Assembly (NCBI GenBank): GCA_964497495.1
Contig: CAZCCZ010000002.1
Span: forward strand, 72,134 to 136,133
Origin: an uncultured Oscillospiraceae bacterium
GTDB taxonomy: Bacteria > Bacillota > Clostridia > Christensenellales > Aristaeellaceae
Length of the DNA stretch: 64,000 nt
Direction of reading: 5' to 3'
Shown: in pieces, positions 20,016 to 29,950 of the stretch
How the letters are laid out: each line of letters begins with the position of its first letter
How positions within the stretch are numbered: position 1 is the stretch's first letter
Translations under genes and position numbers: made by a program
Notes under the pieces: model-generated
The model's database searches: none
Told to the model about the DNA's origin: nothing
The model's input: the letters and a program-made list of their open reading frames with translations, nothing else

Positions 20016-21200
20016 TTATTTAAGGTACTCGGTTACGGCGATGGACTTGATGACTTCCGCCGGGTAAGCCGCCTGGCTGAAGCCCAGCACGTACACCTTC
20101 GCCTGTGTGTTGTCGCCGATGCCGTTGAAGGTCACGTCGGTGGCGACGCCTTCGTACCCGGCGGTGGCGCGTACGGCCGCCACCACCTGCTCGCGGGTGG
20201 GCAGCGCGCCGCCGTTGGCCGCGATGGCGGCCTTAACGGCGTTCAGGGCCACGCTCATGGCGTCGAAACCGTAAGCGGCGTAGCCTTCGGGCGCGCGGCC
20301 GTACGCGGCCTGGTAGGAGGCGGCGAACGCGTTGCCCTTTTCGGTGTTCGCCACGCCCGCCGCGGTGGAGGTGTAGTAGGTGCCGATGACCGCGTCGCCC
20401 GCGATGTTCACCAGTTCCACGGAGTCCATGCCGTCCGGGCCGAGGAAGGTCACGGGAATGCCTTTTTCGGCCAGTTGCTTGATCAGCAGGCCGCCTTCGG
20501 GGTAAATCCCGCCGAAGTAAACGGCCTGCGCGCCGCTGGCGCGGATCATTTCTTCCACGGCGCTGTAGTCGGCCTCGCCCGCGGTGATGCCTTCGTAGCC
20601 CAGCACCGTGCCGCCGATGGCCTCGAAGCGCTTTTTAAACTCGTCGGCCACGCCCTGGCCGTAGGTGGTCTTGTCCTGAAGCACGAACACGCTGGTCAGC
20701 CCCAGGCCGAACAGGAAGTCCGCGCCTGCGGGGCCCTGCGCGTCGTCACGGGCGCAGATACGGTTGACCACCGGCAGCGCGCGGTCGGTCACGGCCGTGG
20801 CTGTGTTGGCGGGGGAGACCATGGCCAACCCACCCTGGTTGTACACTTCCGAGGAGGGGATGGCCACGCCGGAGTTCCAGTGGCCCACCACCGCGAGGAA
20901 GTCCTTATCCTCGATCAGCCGCTGCGCGATGCTCACGCCGACCTTGGGGTCGGCCTGGTCGTCCTGCGGGGCGAACTGCAGGTCGAAGCCCAGAGCCTTG
21001 AACTCTTCCACGCTCTGGCTATACGCCAGCTCGATGCCGTTTTTAATCACTTCGCCCATGGCGGCCTGGCTGCCGGACAGGGGGGTGCAGCTGGCGATTT
21101 TGATCACGGGCAGGGCCGTTTCGGCCGTCGCGGGGACGCTGCATGCCAAGAGGGCGATCACGAGGGTGAACGACACCAGGAAGGAGAGAACTCTTTTCAT
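20016..21200 (-). CDS. LivJ/LivK-like amino-acid-binding protein
   Basis: Start trimmed to ATG 21200 (MKRVLSFLVSFTLVIALLAC signal peptide), with SD AAGGAGG upstream. Confidence 0.85.
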   Translation of the reverse strand: MKRVLSFLVSFTLVIALLACSVPATAETALPVIKIASCTPLSGSQAAMGEVIKNGIELAYSQSVEEFKALGFDLQFAPQDDQADPKVGVSIAQRLIEDKDFLAVVGHWNSGVAIPSSEVYNQGGLAMVSPANTATAVTDRALPVVNRICARDDAQGPAGADFLFGLGLTSVFVLQDKTTYGQGVADEFKKRFEAIGGTVLGYEGITAGEADYSAVEEMIRASGAQAVYFGGIYPEGGLLIKQLAEKGIPVTFLGPDGMDSVELVNIAGDAVIGTYYTSTAAGVANTEKGNAFAASYQAAYGRAPEGYAAYGFDAMSVALNAVKAAIAANGGALPTREQVVAAVRATAGYEGVATDVTFNGIGDNTQAKVYVLGFSQAAYPAEVIKSIAVTEYLK

Positions 21201-21257
21201 GGATGGACGCCTCCTTATACTTTTTCCGAGGCGGGTATGCCCGCGCTCCGGATATTC

Positions 21258-21293
21258 AAAAAAACTTCCCGCGGCCGCGTTAAGCCGGAGAAG
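21258..21293 (-). terminator. leader terminator/attenuator upstream of the liv operon
   Basis: Minus strand: CUUCUCCGGC-8 nt-GCCG(C)GGGAAG followed by U7, 57 nt before the ATG. An alternative GGAAGC/GCUUCU pairing lies upstream. Confidence 0.55.
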
Positions 21294-21438
21294 CCTCTTT
21301 GCTTCCATCTTTATCTTTGATTGCGTCGGGAGGCACGAACGTGGAACGTGCGTTGGAAGGAAGAAGTATCGGATAGGGTGAGAATGAAGGAGCACGGAAA
21401 CGATTATGCAAACCGGACGAGCCCGGTCTGATTAGCCA

Positions 21439-21467
21439 ATTATATATCCCTGGAAAACCGGTGTCAA
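21439..21467 (-). promoter_or_regulatory. liv operon promoter TTGACA-17-TATAAT
   Basis: Minus strand: TTGACA ccggttttccagggata TATAAT, ~230 nt upstream of the ATG. Confidence 0.7.
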
Positions 21468-21660
21468 TAAGGGCATATCGGCCTTCCGGCGAAAAACGAA
21501 TTTTAAACAGTTTGCATCACGAAGCTGTATGCGATTCATAATTTTCCTGCGGGCCCCGGCCCCGGCAGGCAGGAATCCGCGCCGTCGGGAAGAAAGAAAT
21601 GGAATGCGGCCCCGCGCCGTATCCGGCGGGAGAACCGCCCCGGAAGGAGAGCGTTACGCC

Positions 21661-22308
21661 ATGAAAAACTTCGTCGTCACCATCGCCCGCGGCTTCGGCA
21701 GCGGCGGCAAGCAGATCGGCCTGCAGATCGCGGGAGACCTGGGCATCCGCCTGATGGACAAAGAGCTTTTGGAACTGGCCTCCGTGGAAAGCGGCATCAA
21801 CGAGGAACTGTTTACGCTGGCCAACGAGAAGTTCAACCGCCGGCTCCTGATGCAGGTGCCCGACCGCGAACATTACGGCAACGTGTTGACGCCCGAGAAC
21901 CGGAAGTTCGTATCGGAAATCAACCTGTTCAACTATCAGGTAAAAATCCTACGGATGCTGGCGCAGACGGAATCCTTCATCGTTATGGGCAAGGCCGCCA
22001 ACTTCGTGCTGCGCGACCTGCCAAACGTCGTCAGCGTCAGCGTACAGGCGCCGTTCGAAGCCTGCGTTCATTCCATTATGGAACGCACCGGCATGGATGA
22101 GGCGGAGGCGGGCAAGATGATCCGCCGCACGGACAAATACCGCTCGGATTACCACAGGTATTACACCGGCGAAAACTGGAAAGATCCTGCCGGATACGAC
22201 CTGTGCCTGAACAGCGCCCGCGTGGGGCGCGCGGCGTGCGCCGAGGTCATCAAGCAGTGCGTGAAAAGCAAGCTGGGCGTGCGGCTCCCCGCCAAAGCGA
22301 AAGCGTGA
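21661..22308 (+). CDS. cytidylate kinase-like family protein
   Basis: MKNFVVTIARGFGSGGKQIG N-terminus is typical of the cytidylate-kinase-like (AAA_28-type) family. Start trimmed to ATG 21661. Confidence 0.7.
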   Translation: MKNFVVTIARGFGSGGKQIGLQIAGDLGIRLMDKELLELASVESGINEELFTLANEKFNRRLLMQVPDREHYGNVLTPENRKFVSEINLFNYQVKILRMLAQTESFIVMGKAANFVLRDLPNVVSVSVQAPFEACVHSIMERTGMDEAEAGKMIRRTDKYRSDYHRYYTGENWKDPAGYDLCLNSARVGRAACAEVIKQCVKSKLGVRLPAKAKA

Positions 22309-22335
22309 GGCGGGCGGGCCCTGGTTCTGCGGCGC

Positions 22336-22371
22336 AAAGCGGCCCGGTTCCCGTTGGAACCGGGCCGCTTT
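22336..22371. terminator. stem-loop between convergent genes
   Basis: AAAGCGGCCCGGTTCC-cgtt-GGAACCGGGCCGCTTT, 16 bp perfect. Confidence 0.55.
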
Positions 22372-22392
22372 CATAAGCCTTCGCGCTTCCCG

Positions 22393-23376
22393 TTACACCT
22401 TCATGCACGAATCGCCGATGATCAGCGAAACGCCGATCACCTGATCTTTCTTGGGGTCCTCCGAAAACAGCGCGTCGAATAGCGCCTGCGACAGGGAGGA
22501 AACGTCCTGCCGGATCGTCGTGAGCCTGGGGTAGGCGTAGCCGGGCATGCAGCCGTCGAAGCCCACGATGGAAAAATCCTGCGGGATGCCGAAACCCCGC
22601 TGGTTGGCGCGCATGCACATGCCCATGGCCACCAGGTCGTTGGCGCAGACCACCGCCGTGGGCGGGTTGCGCAGCGAGCAGAAGTAATCCATCGCCTGCG
22701 CGCCGGTGTTCACGTCCAGCGAGCCTTTATACAGGTAATCCTCCGAGAAATCCAGCCCCTTTTCCGCGACCGTGTCCAGAAACGCCTGGTAGCGCTCCTC
22801 GCAGGAGTGGAAACCCGGCACGTAACCCGCGAAGCCGAGGGTGCGGTGGTTAAGGTTGTACAGGTAATCGGTCAGCAGGTGGATGCCGCGGCTATTGTCG
22901 GAATGGATGCGGCAGTGGCGCATGTCCATGTTCCGGTCCAGACCGATCAGCCGCTGGCTGGTATGCTCGAACGTCGCCGAACTGCGGTTGAACCCTTCCG
23001 TCAGGATGATCCCGCGGGTATGGGCCGCCTCGCAGTAGCGCAGGTATTCGGCCTCCAGCCGGGGGTCGTTCTCCGTGTCGCAGATCAGGAGCGAGCATTT
23101 GTTTTTCAATGCCACCTGGCCCATTTCCTTGATCAGCGCGATGAAATAGGGGTTCTCCATATCGTAAATGAACAGGGCGAAAGCGTTGGACGTGCCTGCG
23201 AACAGGTTTTTCGCGTTGAGGTTCGGCACGTAGTTATATTGCCGTATCACTTCGCTGACCCGCGTGCGAATCTCTTCGGAGGTTTTTTCGGGCGCGTTGA
23301 TGACCCTTGAAACCGTGGCGACGGAGACGCCCGCGATCTGAGCTATTTCCCGGATGCCCACCGTTTTCTTGTTCAT
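22393..23376 (-). CDS. LacI family transcriptional regulator
   Basis: HTH IREIAQIAGVSVATVSRVINAP. Start at ATG 23376 with SD GAGGAGTGG. Divergent from the GRE operon. Confidence 0.9.
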   Translation of the reverse strand: MNKKTVGIREIAQIAGVSVATVSRVINAPEKTSEEIRTRVSEVIRQYNYVPNLNAKNLFAGTSNAFALFIYDMENPYFIALIKEMGQVALKNKCSLLICDTENDPRLEAEYLRYCEAAHTRGIILTEGFNRSSATFEHTSQRLIGLDRNMDMRHCRIHSDNSRGIHLLTDYLYNLNHRTLGFAGYVPGFHSCEERYQAFLDTVAEKGLDFSEDYLYKGSLDVNTGAQAMDYFCSLRNPPTAVVCANDLVAMGMCMRANQRGFGIPQDFSIVGFDGCMPGYAYPRLTTIRQDVSSLSQALFDALFSEDPKKDQVIGVSLIIGDSCMKV

Positions 23377-23524
23377 GGTACCACTCCTCATCGCTATCAT
23401 TGATTATAGAACAGATCGTTTCACAAATCAATACCAATGTATCCGTTATGATGCATTATGAATCATCTTTATCTACGATTTACACAATATATCGCAAGAA
23501 CGACGATAAATTTCAAAAAACATA

Positions 23525-23553
23525 TTGACATATGGCCGAATATATGCCATAAT
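23525..23553 (+). promoter_or_regulatory. GRE operon promoter TTGACA-17-CATAAT
   Basis: TTGACA tatggccgaatatatgc CATAAT. Confidence 0.65.
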
Positions 23554-23557
23554 GCGC

Positions 23558-23573
23558 ATGTAACAAGTTACTT
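23558..23573. promoter_or_regulatory. candidate LacI operator (core GTAACaaGTTAC)
   Basis: Palindromic core 23560-23571, 7 nt after the -10 box. Confidence 0.45.
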
Positions 23574-23644
23574 ACGTTCATAAAAGTCGCCGTTCACACC
23601 GCATTTTACAGTGCCGTGAGAACCCGGCCAAGGGAGAAGATAGC

Positions 23645-26056
23645 ATGAACCTCAGGATTGCCCGCCTGCGCAAAGCGCTCTTTGACCAGAAACCCAAGGT
23701 GTGTTCCGAACGATGCAATATTTTCACGGAGTCCATGAAACGGAATCACGCGAAGCCCGTGGCCCTACGGCGCGCCGAAGCGTACTACGACGTGCTGACG
23801 AACATGACCGTATGGGTCAGGGACGACGAGCTGATCGTCGGCAACCAGGCGAAATGGCCGAAGGCCTCCCCGATTTTCCCGGAATACTCCTGCCAATGGC
23901 TTACGGAGGAGATCGCAGGGAAACCTTATTTCTGGGACGAGCGGCCCGGCGACCGTTTTTACGCGGACGAGGACGTGAAACAGGATATCCTGCGCTGCAT
24001 CGACTACTGGCAGGATAAGACGCTGATCGACTATCTGCGCGCGGCGCTGCCGGAAAGCACGCTGAAAGCCTGGGATTCCGGCGTGATCGACGAGACCTGG
24101 GTGGTCGGCGCGGGGCTGGGCAACGAGATTCCGGATTATAAGCTCGTGCTTCAAAAGGGCCTGAAGGACGTGACGGCCCGGGCGAAGGCCGCACGGGAAG
24201 CGCTGGACCTGAAAGAGCCGGAAGGCGTGAAGAAGGCCTTCTTTCTGGACGGGGTCCTCCGCGGCAACGAGGCGGTCGTGGCGTTTTCCCGCCGGATCGC
24301 GGACGAGTGCGAGCAGCAGGCCGCCGTGTGCTCCGTGGAAACCCGCAAAGAGGAATTGCTGAAGCTTGCGGGCATCTGCCGCCGTGTTCCCTACGAGCCC
24401 GCTCGTACCTTCCATGAGGCGGTGCAGAGCATCTGGCTGATTTTACTGGCCGTGCATCTGGAATCCAACGGGCACGCCATCTCCCTGGGCCGTTTCGACC
24501 AGTACGTGTACCCCTATTATCAGAAAGATTTGAACGAGGGGCGCATTACGCGGGACGAGGCGCTGGAGATCATCGAGTGCTTCTTCATCAAGTGCAACGA
24601 GCTCAACAAGCTCCGCTCCTGGGGAGATTCGGAGTTCTTCCTCGGATACCAGATGTTCATCAATCTGGCGATCTGCGGGCAGGATAAGTTCGGCAACGAC
24701 GTGACCAACGAGATTTCCCACCTGTGCATTCAGGCCTGCTCGGAGCTCCGGCTGGTTACGCCGTCCGTATCCGTGAAATGCTTTGAGAAGACGGACAAGG
24801 CGCTGATGATGGAAGCGCTGGAAGCCGCGGTGAAGCATCAGGGCGGCATGCCCGCCTTCTACAACGACCGCGCGTTCATGGATACGCTCCGTAAAATGGG
24901 CATCGCGGAGGACGACCTGTGCGACTGGTCTCCGGACGGGTGCATCGAAGCCTCCATCCCCGGCAAGTGGGATTTCGCGGCCAAGGGCCCGTGGCTGAAC
25001 GTGGAAAAGGTGCTGGATATCACGCTTCACAACGGCGTGGACACCAAGACCGGGTATCTGTACAAGCCGACCTCCAGGAAGATCGAGGATTGCGCCTCGA
25101 TGGAGGAGATTTTCAAGGAATATACGGATATGCTGGCCTACTTCATGGATATGCAGGTGGTGGTGGAGCATACCAACGACTACGTGCACTGCCTGTACGA
25201 TATCAACCCGTTCCGTTCCTCGCTCATCGAGGATTGCATCGGCCGCGGGCTGGACCTGGTGGAAGGTGGCGCGCTCTACTCGGCGGACGGCGGCCCCACG
25301 GCGGGCTCCATCAGCTCCGGCGACGCGCTGGCGGACATGGAATACGCCGTTTTCACCAAGAAGCTTGTTACATTGAAGGAATTGCTGCACGCGCTGGATA
25401 CGAATTTCGAGGACGGGGCTACCTCGCCCACCGGGCCGGAGCTGCGCGCGGTGCTGCTGAACAAGGCACCGAAATTCGGCAACGACGACGACACGGCGGA
25501 CCGTTGGGTGGTCGCCGTGGAGGAGTTCATCGGCAGCCGGTACCACACCAAATACCACAGCAGTAAATACGGCAAAGGCCCGCTTCCCTGCTGCTTCTCC
25601 TACAGCCAGAGCCCGGTTTCCGGCAACATCGCCTTCGGCCGCAGCGTCGGGGCCACGCCGGACGGCCGCAGAGACGGCATGCCCGTGAACAACGGCGTAT
25701 CCCCCGCCAACGGCGCGGAACGCGAGGGCGCCACGGCCGCCTGCAACAGCGTGGCCAAGCTGCCCACCCAGTGGATTCAAAAAGGCGCCATCTTCAACAT
25801 GCGCCTGGCGAAAAACGCCATCGCCACCCGGGATAAGCGCGAGCGCGTGGTGGATATGATCGGCGTGCTGTTCGACAAGAAGGCCGAGCAGATCCAGTTC
25901 AACGTCGTCGATTCGGACGTGCTTCGGGACGCGATGGCGCACCCGGACGATTATCAGGACCTGATGGTGCGCGTTTCCGGGTACAGCGCGCTGTTCACTT
26001 CCCTGGCCCCGGCCTGCCAGGCGGACGTGATCAACCGCAATGAGCTGGACATCTGA
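23645..26056 (+). CDS. glycyl radical enzyme, PFL2/glycerol-dehydratase-like (eliminase type)
   Basis: 803 aa. C-terminal RVSGYSALF glycyl-radical fingerprint (Gly aa 779). Single active-site Cys in GCIEAS (aa 433) with Glu two residues later. Confidence 0.92.
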   Translation: MNLRIARLRKALFDQKPKVCSERCNIFTESMKRNHAKPVALRRAEAYYDVLTNMTVWVRDDELIVGNQAKWPKASPIFPEYSCQWLTEEIAGKPYFWDERPGDRFYADEDVKQDILRCIDYWQDKTLIDYLRAALPESTLKAWDSGVIDETWVVGAGLGNEIPDYKLVLQKGLKDVTARAKAAREALDLKEPEGVKKAFFLDGVLRGNEAVVAFSRRIADECEQQAAVCSVETRKEELLKLAGICRRVPYEPARTFHEAVQSIWLILLAVHLESNGHAISLGRFDQYVYPYYQKDLNEGRITRDEALEIIECFFIKCNELNKLRSWGDSEFFLGYQMFINLAICGQDKFGNDVTNEISHLCIQACSELRLVTPSVSVKCFEKTDKALMMEALEAAVKHQGGMPAFYNDRAFMDTLRKMGIAEDDLCDWSPDGCIEASIPGKWDFAAKGPWLNVEKVLDITLHNGVDTKTGYLYKPTSRKIEDCASMEEIFKEYTDMLAYFMDMQVVVEHTNDYVHCLYDINPFRSSLIEDCIGRGLDLVEGGALYSADGGPTAGSISSGDALADMEYAVFTKKLVTLKELLHALDTNFEDGATSPTGPELRAVLLNKAPKFGNDDDTADRWVVAVEEFIGSRYHTKYHSSKYGKGPLPCCFSYSQSPVSGNIAFGRSVGATPDGRRDGMPVNNGVSPANGAEREGATAACNSVAKLPTQWIQKGAIFNMRLAKNAIATRDKRERVVDMIGVLFDKKAEQIQFNVVDSDVLRDAMAHPDDYQDLMVRVSGYSALFTSLAPACQADVINRNELDI

Positions 26057-26966
26057 CCCCCGCGCCGGGCTGGTGTTTAACGTCGAGCGGTTCGCCATCG
26101 AGGACGGAAACGGCATCCGCACCGTCGTGTTTTTAAAAGGCTGCGGCATGCGGTGCGCCTGGTGCGCCAACCCGGAATCCCAGTCCCCCCGGCGGGAGAT
26201 TCTGCTGAACCCGAACCTGTGCGTGGGATGCGGTCGATGTTTGGCCGTTTGCCCGCGGGGGCACATCCGGCGGCTGGAGGGCATGGGTTACGTCACCACG
26301 GATAACGACTGCGATTCCTGCGAGCTTTGCGTGGACGGGTGTTACGCGGGCGCGCGCAAGCTCATGGGAACAAGTTACACGCCGGAAGCGCTTTGCGAAA
26401 CGCTGCTGCGGGACAAACCCTATTTCGACCGTTCCGGCGGGGGCGTAACCTTCAGCGGCGGCGAGCCCCTGTTGCAGGTCGATTTCGTAGAGGCGTGCGC
26501 CGGGCTCCTTCGGCGGGAGAACGTGCCCGTGTTGGTGGAAACCTGCGGCTACGCGCCCCGGGTTGCGGTGGAGCGCTGCGCGGCGCTGGCCTGCGATATT
26601 TATTACGACGTCAAGCATATGGACGACGCCGAGCACCGGCGGCTGACGGGGCAGGGCAACGGGCTGATCCTCGATAACCTGCGCTGGCTGTCCGGGCACT
26701 TCGGGGGCGGCCTGTCCGTGCGGTACCCCTTCGTGCCGGGCTGCAACGACGGCGAAGCCGACGTACGCGCGTTCCTCTCGTTCTGCGCGTCCCTGCCGGG
26801 GCTTAAGGACGTATGGTTCCTGCCTTATCACCGGCTGGGCAACCTGAAATATACGGGACTGGGGCGCGAATACCCGATGGGGGAACGCGAATCCCTGAAA
26901 AGCAAAGATCTGGATTTCCTGAAAGCGTATGCGGACGAATACGGGCTGACCGTCCGCATCGGATAA
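26040..26966 (+). CDS. glycyl-radical enzyme activating protein (radical SAM)
   Basis: CGMRCAWC (CxxxCxxC) plus two ferredoxin-like motifs, CVGCGRCLAVCP and CDSCELCVDGC. Overlaps the GRE 3' end by 17 nt. Confidence 0.92.
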   Translation: MSWTSDPRAGLVFNVERFAIEDGNGIRTVVFLKGCGMRCAWCANPESQSPRREILLNPNLCVGCGRCLAVCPRGHIRRLEGMGYVTTDNDCDSCELCVDGCYAGARKLMGTSYTPEALCETLLRDKPYFDRSGGGVTFSGGEPLLQVDFVEACAGLLRRENVPVLVETCGYAPRVAVERCAALACDIYYDVKHMDDAEHRRLTGQGNGLILDNLRWLSGHFGGGLSVRYPFVPGCNDGEADVRAFLSFCASLPGLKDVWFLPYHRLGNLKYTGLGREYPMGERESLKSKDLDFLKAYADEYGLTVRIG

Positions 26967-26989
26967 ACGACGTACGGGAGCGATCGACC

Positions 26990-28399
26990 GTGAAACACAT
27001 GCTGGGGCTGGACTGCGGCAACTCCTCGTTCCGCATCTTTCTGGGAGCGTTCGACGGGGAAGCCGTTCACGTGGAGAGGATCGACCAGCAGCCGAATTTT
27101 ACCGTCAAAATCGGGGAATACGAATACTGGGACATCCTCAATCTCTTCGAAGGCTTCAAGCGGGCGCTCCGTGCCGCCGCAACGCGGGAGCGCATCGACT
27201 CCATCGGCGTTTGCACCTGGGGCGTCGACTTCGCCCTGTTCACCCGGGAGGGCGATATGCTGGGCAACCCGCTCTCTTACCGCAACACGCTCGGCGCCGA
27301 AACGCTTCAAAAGCTGGACGGGGCGCAGCGGGAAAGGCTTTTCGGGCTGACCGGCATCCTGTGCGACAAGATCAATTCCGTTTACATGCTCGGCGGCATC
27401 CGGGAACGGATGCCCTCCCTGTACGCCGCCGCCGACAGGCTGCTGATGGTGCCGGACATCCTGAATTACCTGCTCACGGGCGTGATGCAAAACGAGCCCA
27501 GCGAACTGAGCACCACGCAGCTCATGGACGCTCGCGCCAGGCGGATCAGCCCGGAAGCCTGCTCGTTTTTCGGCCTGCCCCCCTCGCTGTTCTGCGACGT
27601 CGGCCGCCACGGACGGCGCATCGGCTTCCTGCGGGAAAGTATCCGCGAGGAGCTGGGCATCGGCTACGATATCCCCGTGATCTGCGTACCCTCCCACGAC
27701 ACGGCCTGCGCCGTGCTGGCCGTGCCCGCGGGGGAACCCGACTTCGCGTTCGTCAGTTCCGGCACGTGGTCGCTGATCGGCACCGAGCTTGCGCAGCCGG
27801 TGGTGACCCGCGCGGCGATGGACGCGGCGCTGACCAACGAGGTGGGTGCGTTCGACCGCATCACGCTGCTGAAGAACAACGCGGGCATGTTCCTGATGCA
27901 GCGCATCCGCGCGGAGCTCGAAGCGGAGCGCGGCGCGAAAGCAAGCTGGGAGGAACTGACCGGTATGGCCGAGGGAGCGCGGGAGTGGGCGCTTTTCAAC
28001 GTGAACGATCCGCGCTTCTTCAACCCCCCCTCCATGAGCGGCGCCATCCGGGCGGCGCTTTCGGAAAGCGGAAGCCTCGCGGGCGAGGCGGACTGGGGCG
28101 TCGTCATCCGCTCCGTGTACGAGTCTCTGGCGGAAAGCTACGCAGTGTGTGTGAACGATCTGGAAACCGTAACGGGCAGACGGTTCGAGAAGCTTTACAT
28201 CGTTGGCGGCGGCGCCCGCAACGATCTGCTCAACCGGCTTTCCGCCGCCCACACGAAGCGCACCGTCGTCACCTGCGAGGGCGAAAGTACCGTTTTAGGC
28301 AACATCGCCGCCCAGATCGCCTATTTCCGGGAGGGAATTACCCCGGAGGAGCTTCGTAGTATAATAAACCGTTCCGCCCGCACCAGAGTTTACGGGTAA
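26990..28399 (+). CDS. FGGY-family sugar kinase, rhamnulokinase-like
   Basis: LGLDCGNSSFR, DSIGVCTWGVDF, VPSHDTACAV, SSGTWSLIG, NDPRFFNP and YIVGGGARN blocks parallel RhaB. GTG 26990 is preferred (GGGAG SD); ATG 26999 is the alternative. Confidence 0.85.
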   Translation: MKHMLGLDCGNSSFRIFLGAFDGEAVHVERIDQQPNFTVKIGEYEYWDILNLFEGFKRALRAAATRERIDSIGVCTWGVDFALFTREGDMLGNPLSYRNTLGAETLQKLDGAQRERLFGLTGILCDKINSVYMLGGIRERMPSLYAAADRLLMVPDILNYLLTGVMQNEPSELSTTQLMDARARRISPEACSFFGLPPSLFCDVGRHGRRIGFLRESIREELGIGYDIPVICVPSHDTACAVLAVPAGEPDFAFVSSGTWSLIGTELAQPVVTRAAMDAALTNEVGAFDRITLLKNNAGMFLMQRIRAELEAERGAKASWEELTGMAEGAREWALFNVNDPRFFNPPSMSGAIRAALSESGSLAGEADWGVVIRSVYESLAESYAVCVNDLETVTGRRFEKLYIVGGGARNDLLNRLSAAHTKRTVVTCEGESTVLGNIAAQIAYFREGITPEELRSIINRSARTRVYG

Positions 28400-28444
28400 C
28401 GACCGGAACGGGAGATTCGCAGTGTTTGTGAGGGGGTTCTGTCT

Positions 28445-29950
28445 GTGGAGTACATCCTGGAAATGACGGGAATCTGCAAGAGCTTCTTCGGCGTCGAAGT
28501 CCTGCACGAGGCGAAGCTGCAGGTCCGGCCCGGCGAGGTGCACGTGCTGCTGGGTGAAAACGGCGCGGGTAAATCGACGCTGATCAAGATTCTCTCCGGC
28601 GCGTACAGGCGCGAGGTGGGGGAGATTATTCTGGACGGAAAGCCGCTGACCATCGCTTCCCCCAAAGAGGCGCTGGACGCGGGCATCAGCGTGATCTATC
28701 AGGAGTTCAACCTCGTACCCTACCTTTCCGTCTACGAAAACATCCATATCGGCAAGGAAAGGCTGAAAAACGGCCTGCTGGACAAGACCGCCGAGATCGA
28801 GGAGACCCGCGGGCTGCTTGAGAGGATCGGGCTGAACGTGGACCCCAGAACGCGCATTTGCGACCTGAGCGTGGCCCAGTGCCAGATGGTGGAGATTTGC
28901 AAGGCGCTTTCCAACAAGAGCAAGGTGCTCGTGCTGGACGAGCCGACCAGCGCCATTACCGCCAACGAGACGAAGATTCTTTTCGACATCGTGCGCAAAC
29001 TGAAAGCCGAGGGGCTGGGTATTATCTACATCAGCCACCGCTTAAGCGAACTGTTCGAAATCGGCGACCGGGTCACCATCATGCGGGACGGCTGCTATAT
29101 CAAGACCTGCGAGCTCAAGGACACCAACGAGCGCGAGTTGCCCAAGATGATGGTGGGCCGGGACGTGAATTTCGACCGGATCTGCAACGACGGCCTCTGC
29201 CCCAACGAAGTGGCGCTGGATGTGCGCGGCATCTGCTGCCGCGACCGGGTTAAAAACGTGAGCTTCAAACTCCGCAAGGGGGAGATATTGGGCGTAAGCG
29301 GGCTGGTGGGCGCGGGTCGCACGGAGCTGGCCAAATGCATCATCGGCGCGTACCGGCATACGGGCGAGGTGTTCATCAACGGCAAGCCGCTTAAGGGCAG
29401 CGTTTCGGAAGCCATCCGCAACGGCGTGGTGTACCTGAGCGAAGACCGCAAGAACGAAGGACTTGTGCTGATCCACTCGATCCGGGACAACATCGCTTTG
29501 CCCAACCTGCGCCAGTTCGGAAAGACGTTCATCAACCGCCGGACGGTTCTGGAAAAGAGCGACGAGTACATGCGCAAGCTGAGCGTCAAGGCGCCCAACG
29601 ACCAGCTGGAGGTCAGAAACCTTTCAGGCGGCAACCAGCAGAAGGTCGTCATCGCGAAATGGCTGCTCAACCGGCCGCAGGTCTATATTTTCGACGAACC
29701 CACCCGCGGCATCGACGTGGGGGCGCGGGATGAAATTTACCATATCATGGAGGACCTGACCCGCGCGGGGGCTTCCATCCTGATGATTTCGTCCGACATG
29801 GTGGAAGTCATGAAGATGTGCGACCGGATCGCGGTTATGTGCAACGGCGAGATGCCCGTGATTCTGGATAACGACGGCACCGTAACCGAGGAAAAAATCC
29901 TATCTTACACGCTGAACGGAGGAAACGACTATGAAGCAGCAATCGGTTGA
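28445..29950 (+). CDS. CUT2 monosaccharide ABC transporter ATP-binding protein
   Basis: GENGAGKST, LSVAQCQMVEICKAL and LSGGNQQKVVIAKWL. Confidence 0.9.
   Translation: MEYILEMTGICKSFFGVEVLHEAKLQVRPGEVHVLLGENGAGKSTLIKILSGAYRREVGEIILDGKPLTIASPKEALDAGISVIYQEFNLVPYLSVYENIHIGKERLKNGLLDKTAEIEETRGLLERIGLNVDPRTRICDLSVAQCQMVEICKALSNKSKVLVLDEPTSAITANETKILFDIVRKLKAEGLGIIYISHRLSELFEIGDRVTIMRDGCYIKTCELKDTNERELPKMMVGRDVNFDRICNDGLCPNEVALDVRGICCRDRVKNVSFKLRKGEILGVSGLVGAGRTELAKCIIGAYRHTGEVFINGKPLKGSVSEAIRNGVVYLSEDRKNEGLVLIHSIRDNIALPNLRQFGKTFINRRTVLEKSDEYMRKLSVKAPNDQLEVRNLSGGNQQKVVIAKWLLNRPQVYIFDEPTRGIDVGARDEIYHIMEDLTRAGASILMISSDMVEVMKMCDRIAVMCNGEMPVILDNDGTVTEEKILSYTLNGGNDYEAAIG

Noticed and set aside
21201-21440. 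T-box riboswitch assignment for the liv leader.
   Set aside because: The terminator/antiterminator logic is present, but I could not find the conserved T-box sequence (…GGGUGGNACCGCG-like) or a stem I specifier layout. Reported only as an unclassified attenuator.
23645-26056. Calling the glycyl radical enzyme a pyruvate formate-lyase.
   Set aside because: The active-site loop has a single Cys followed by Ile-Glu (GCIE) rather than the adjacent Cys-Cys pair of PFL. The genomic context is sugar catabolism, not pfl-adhE/pta.
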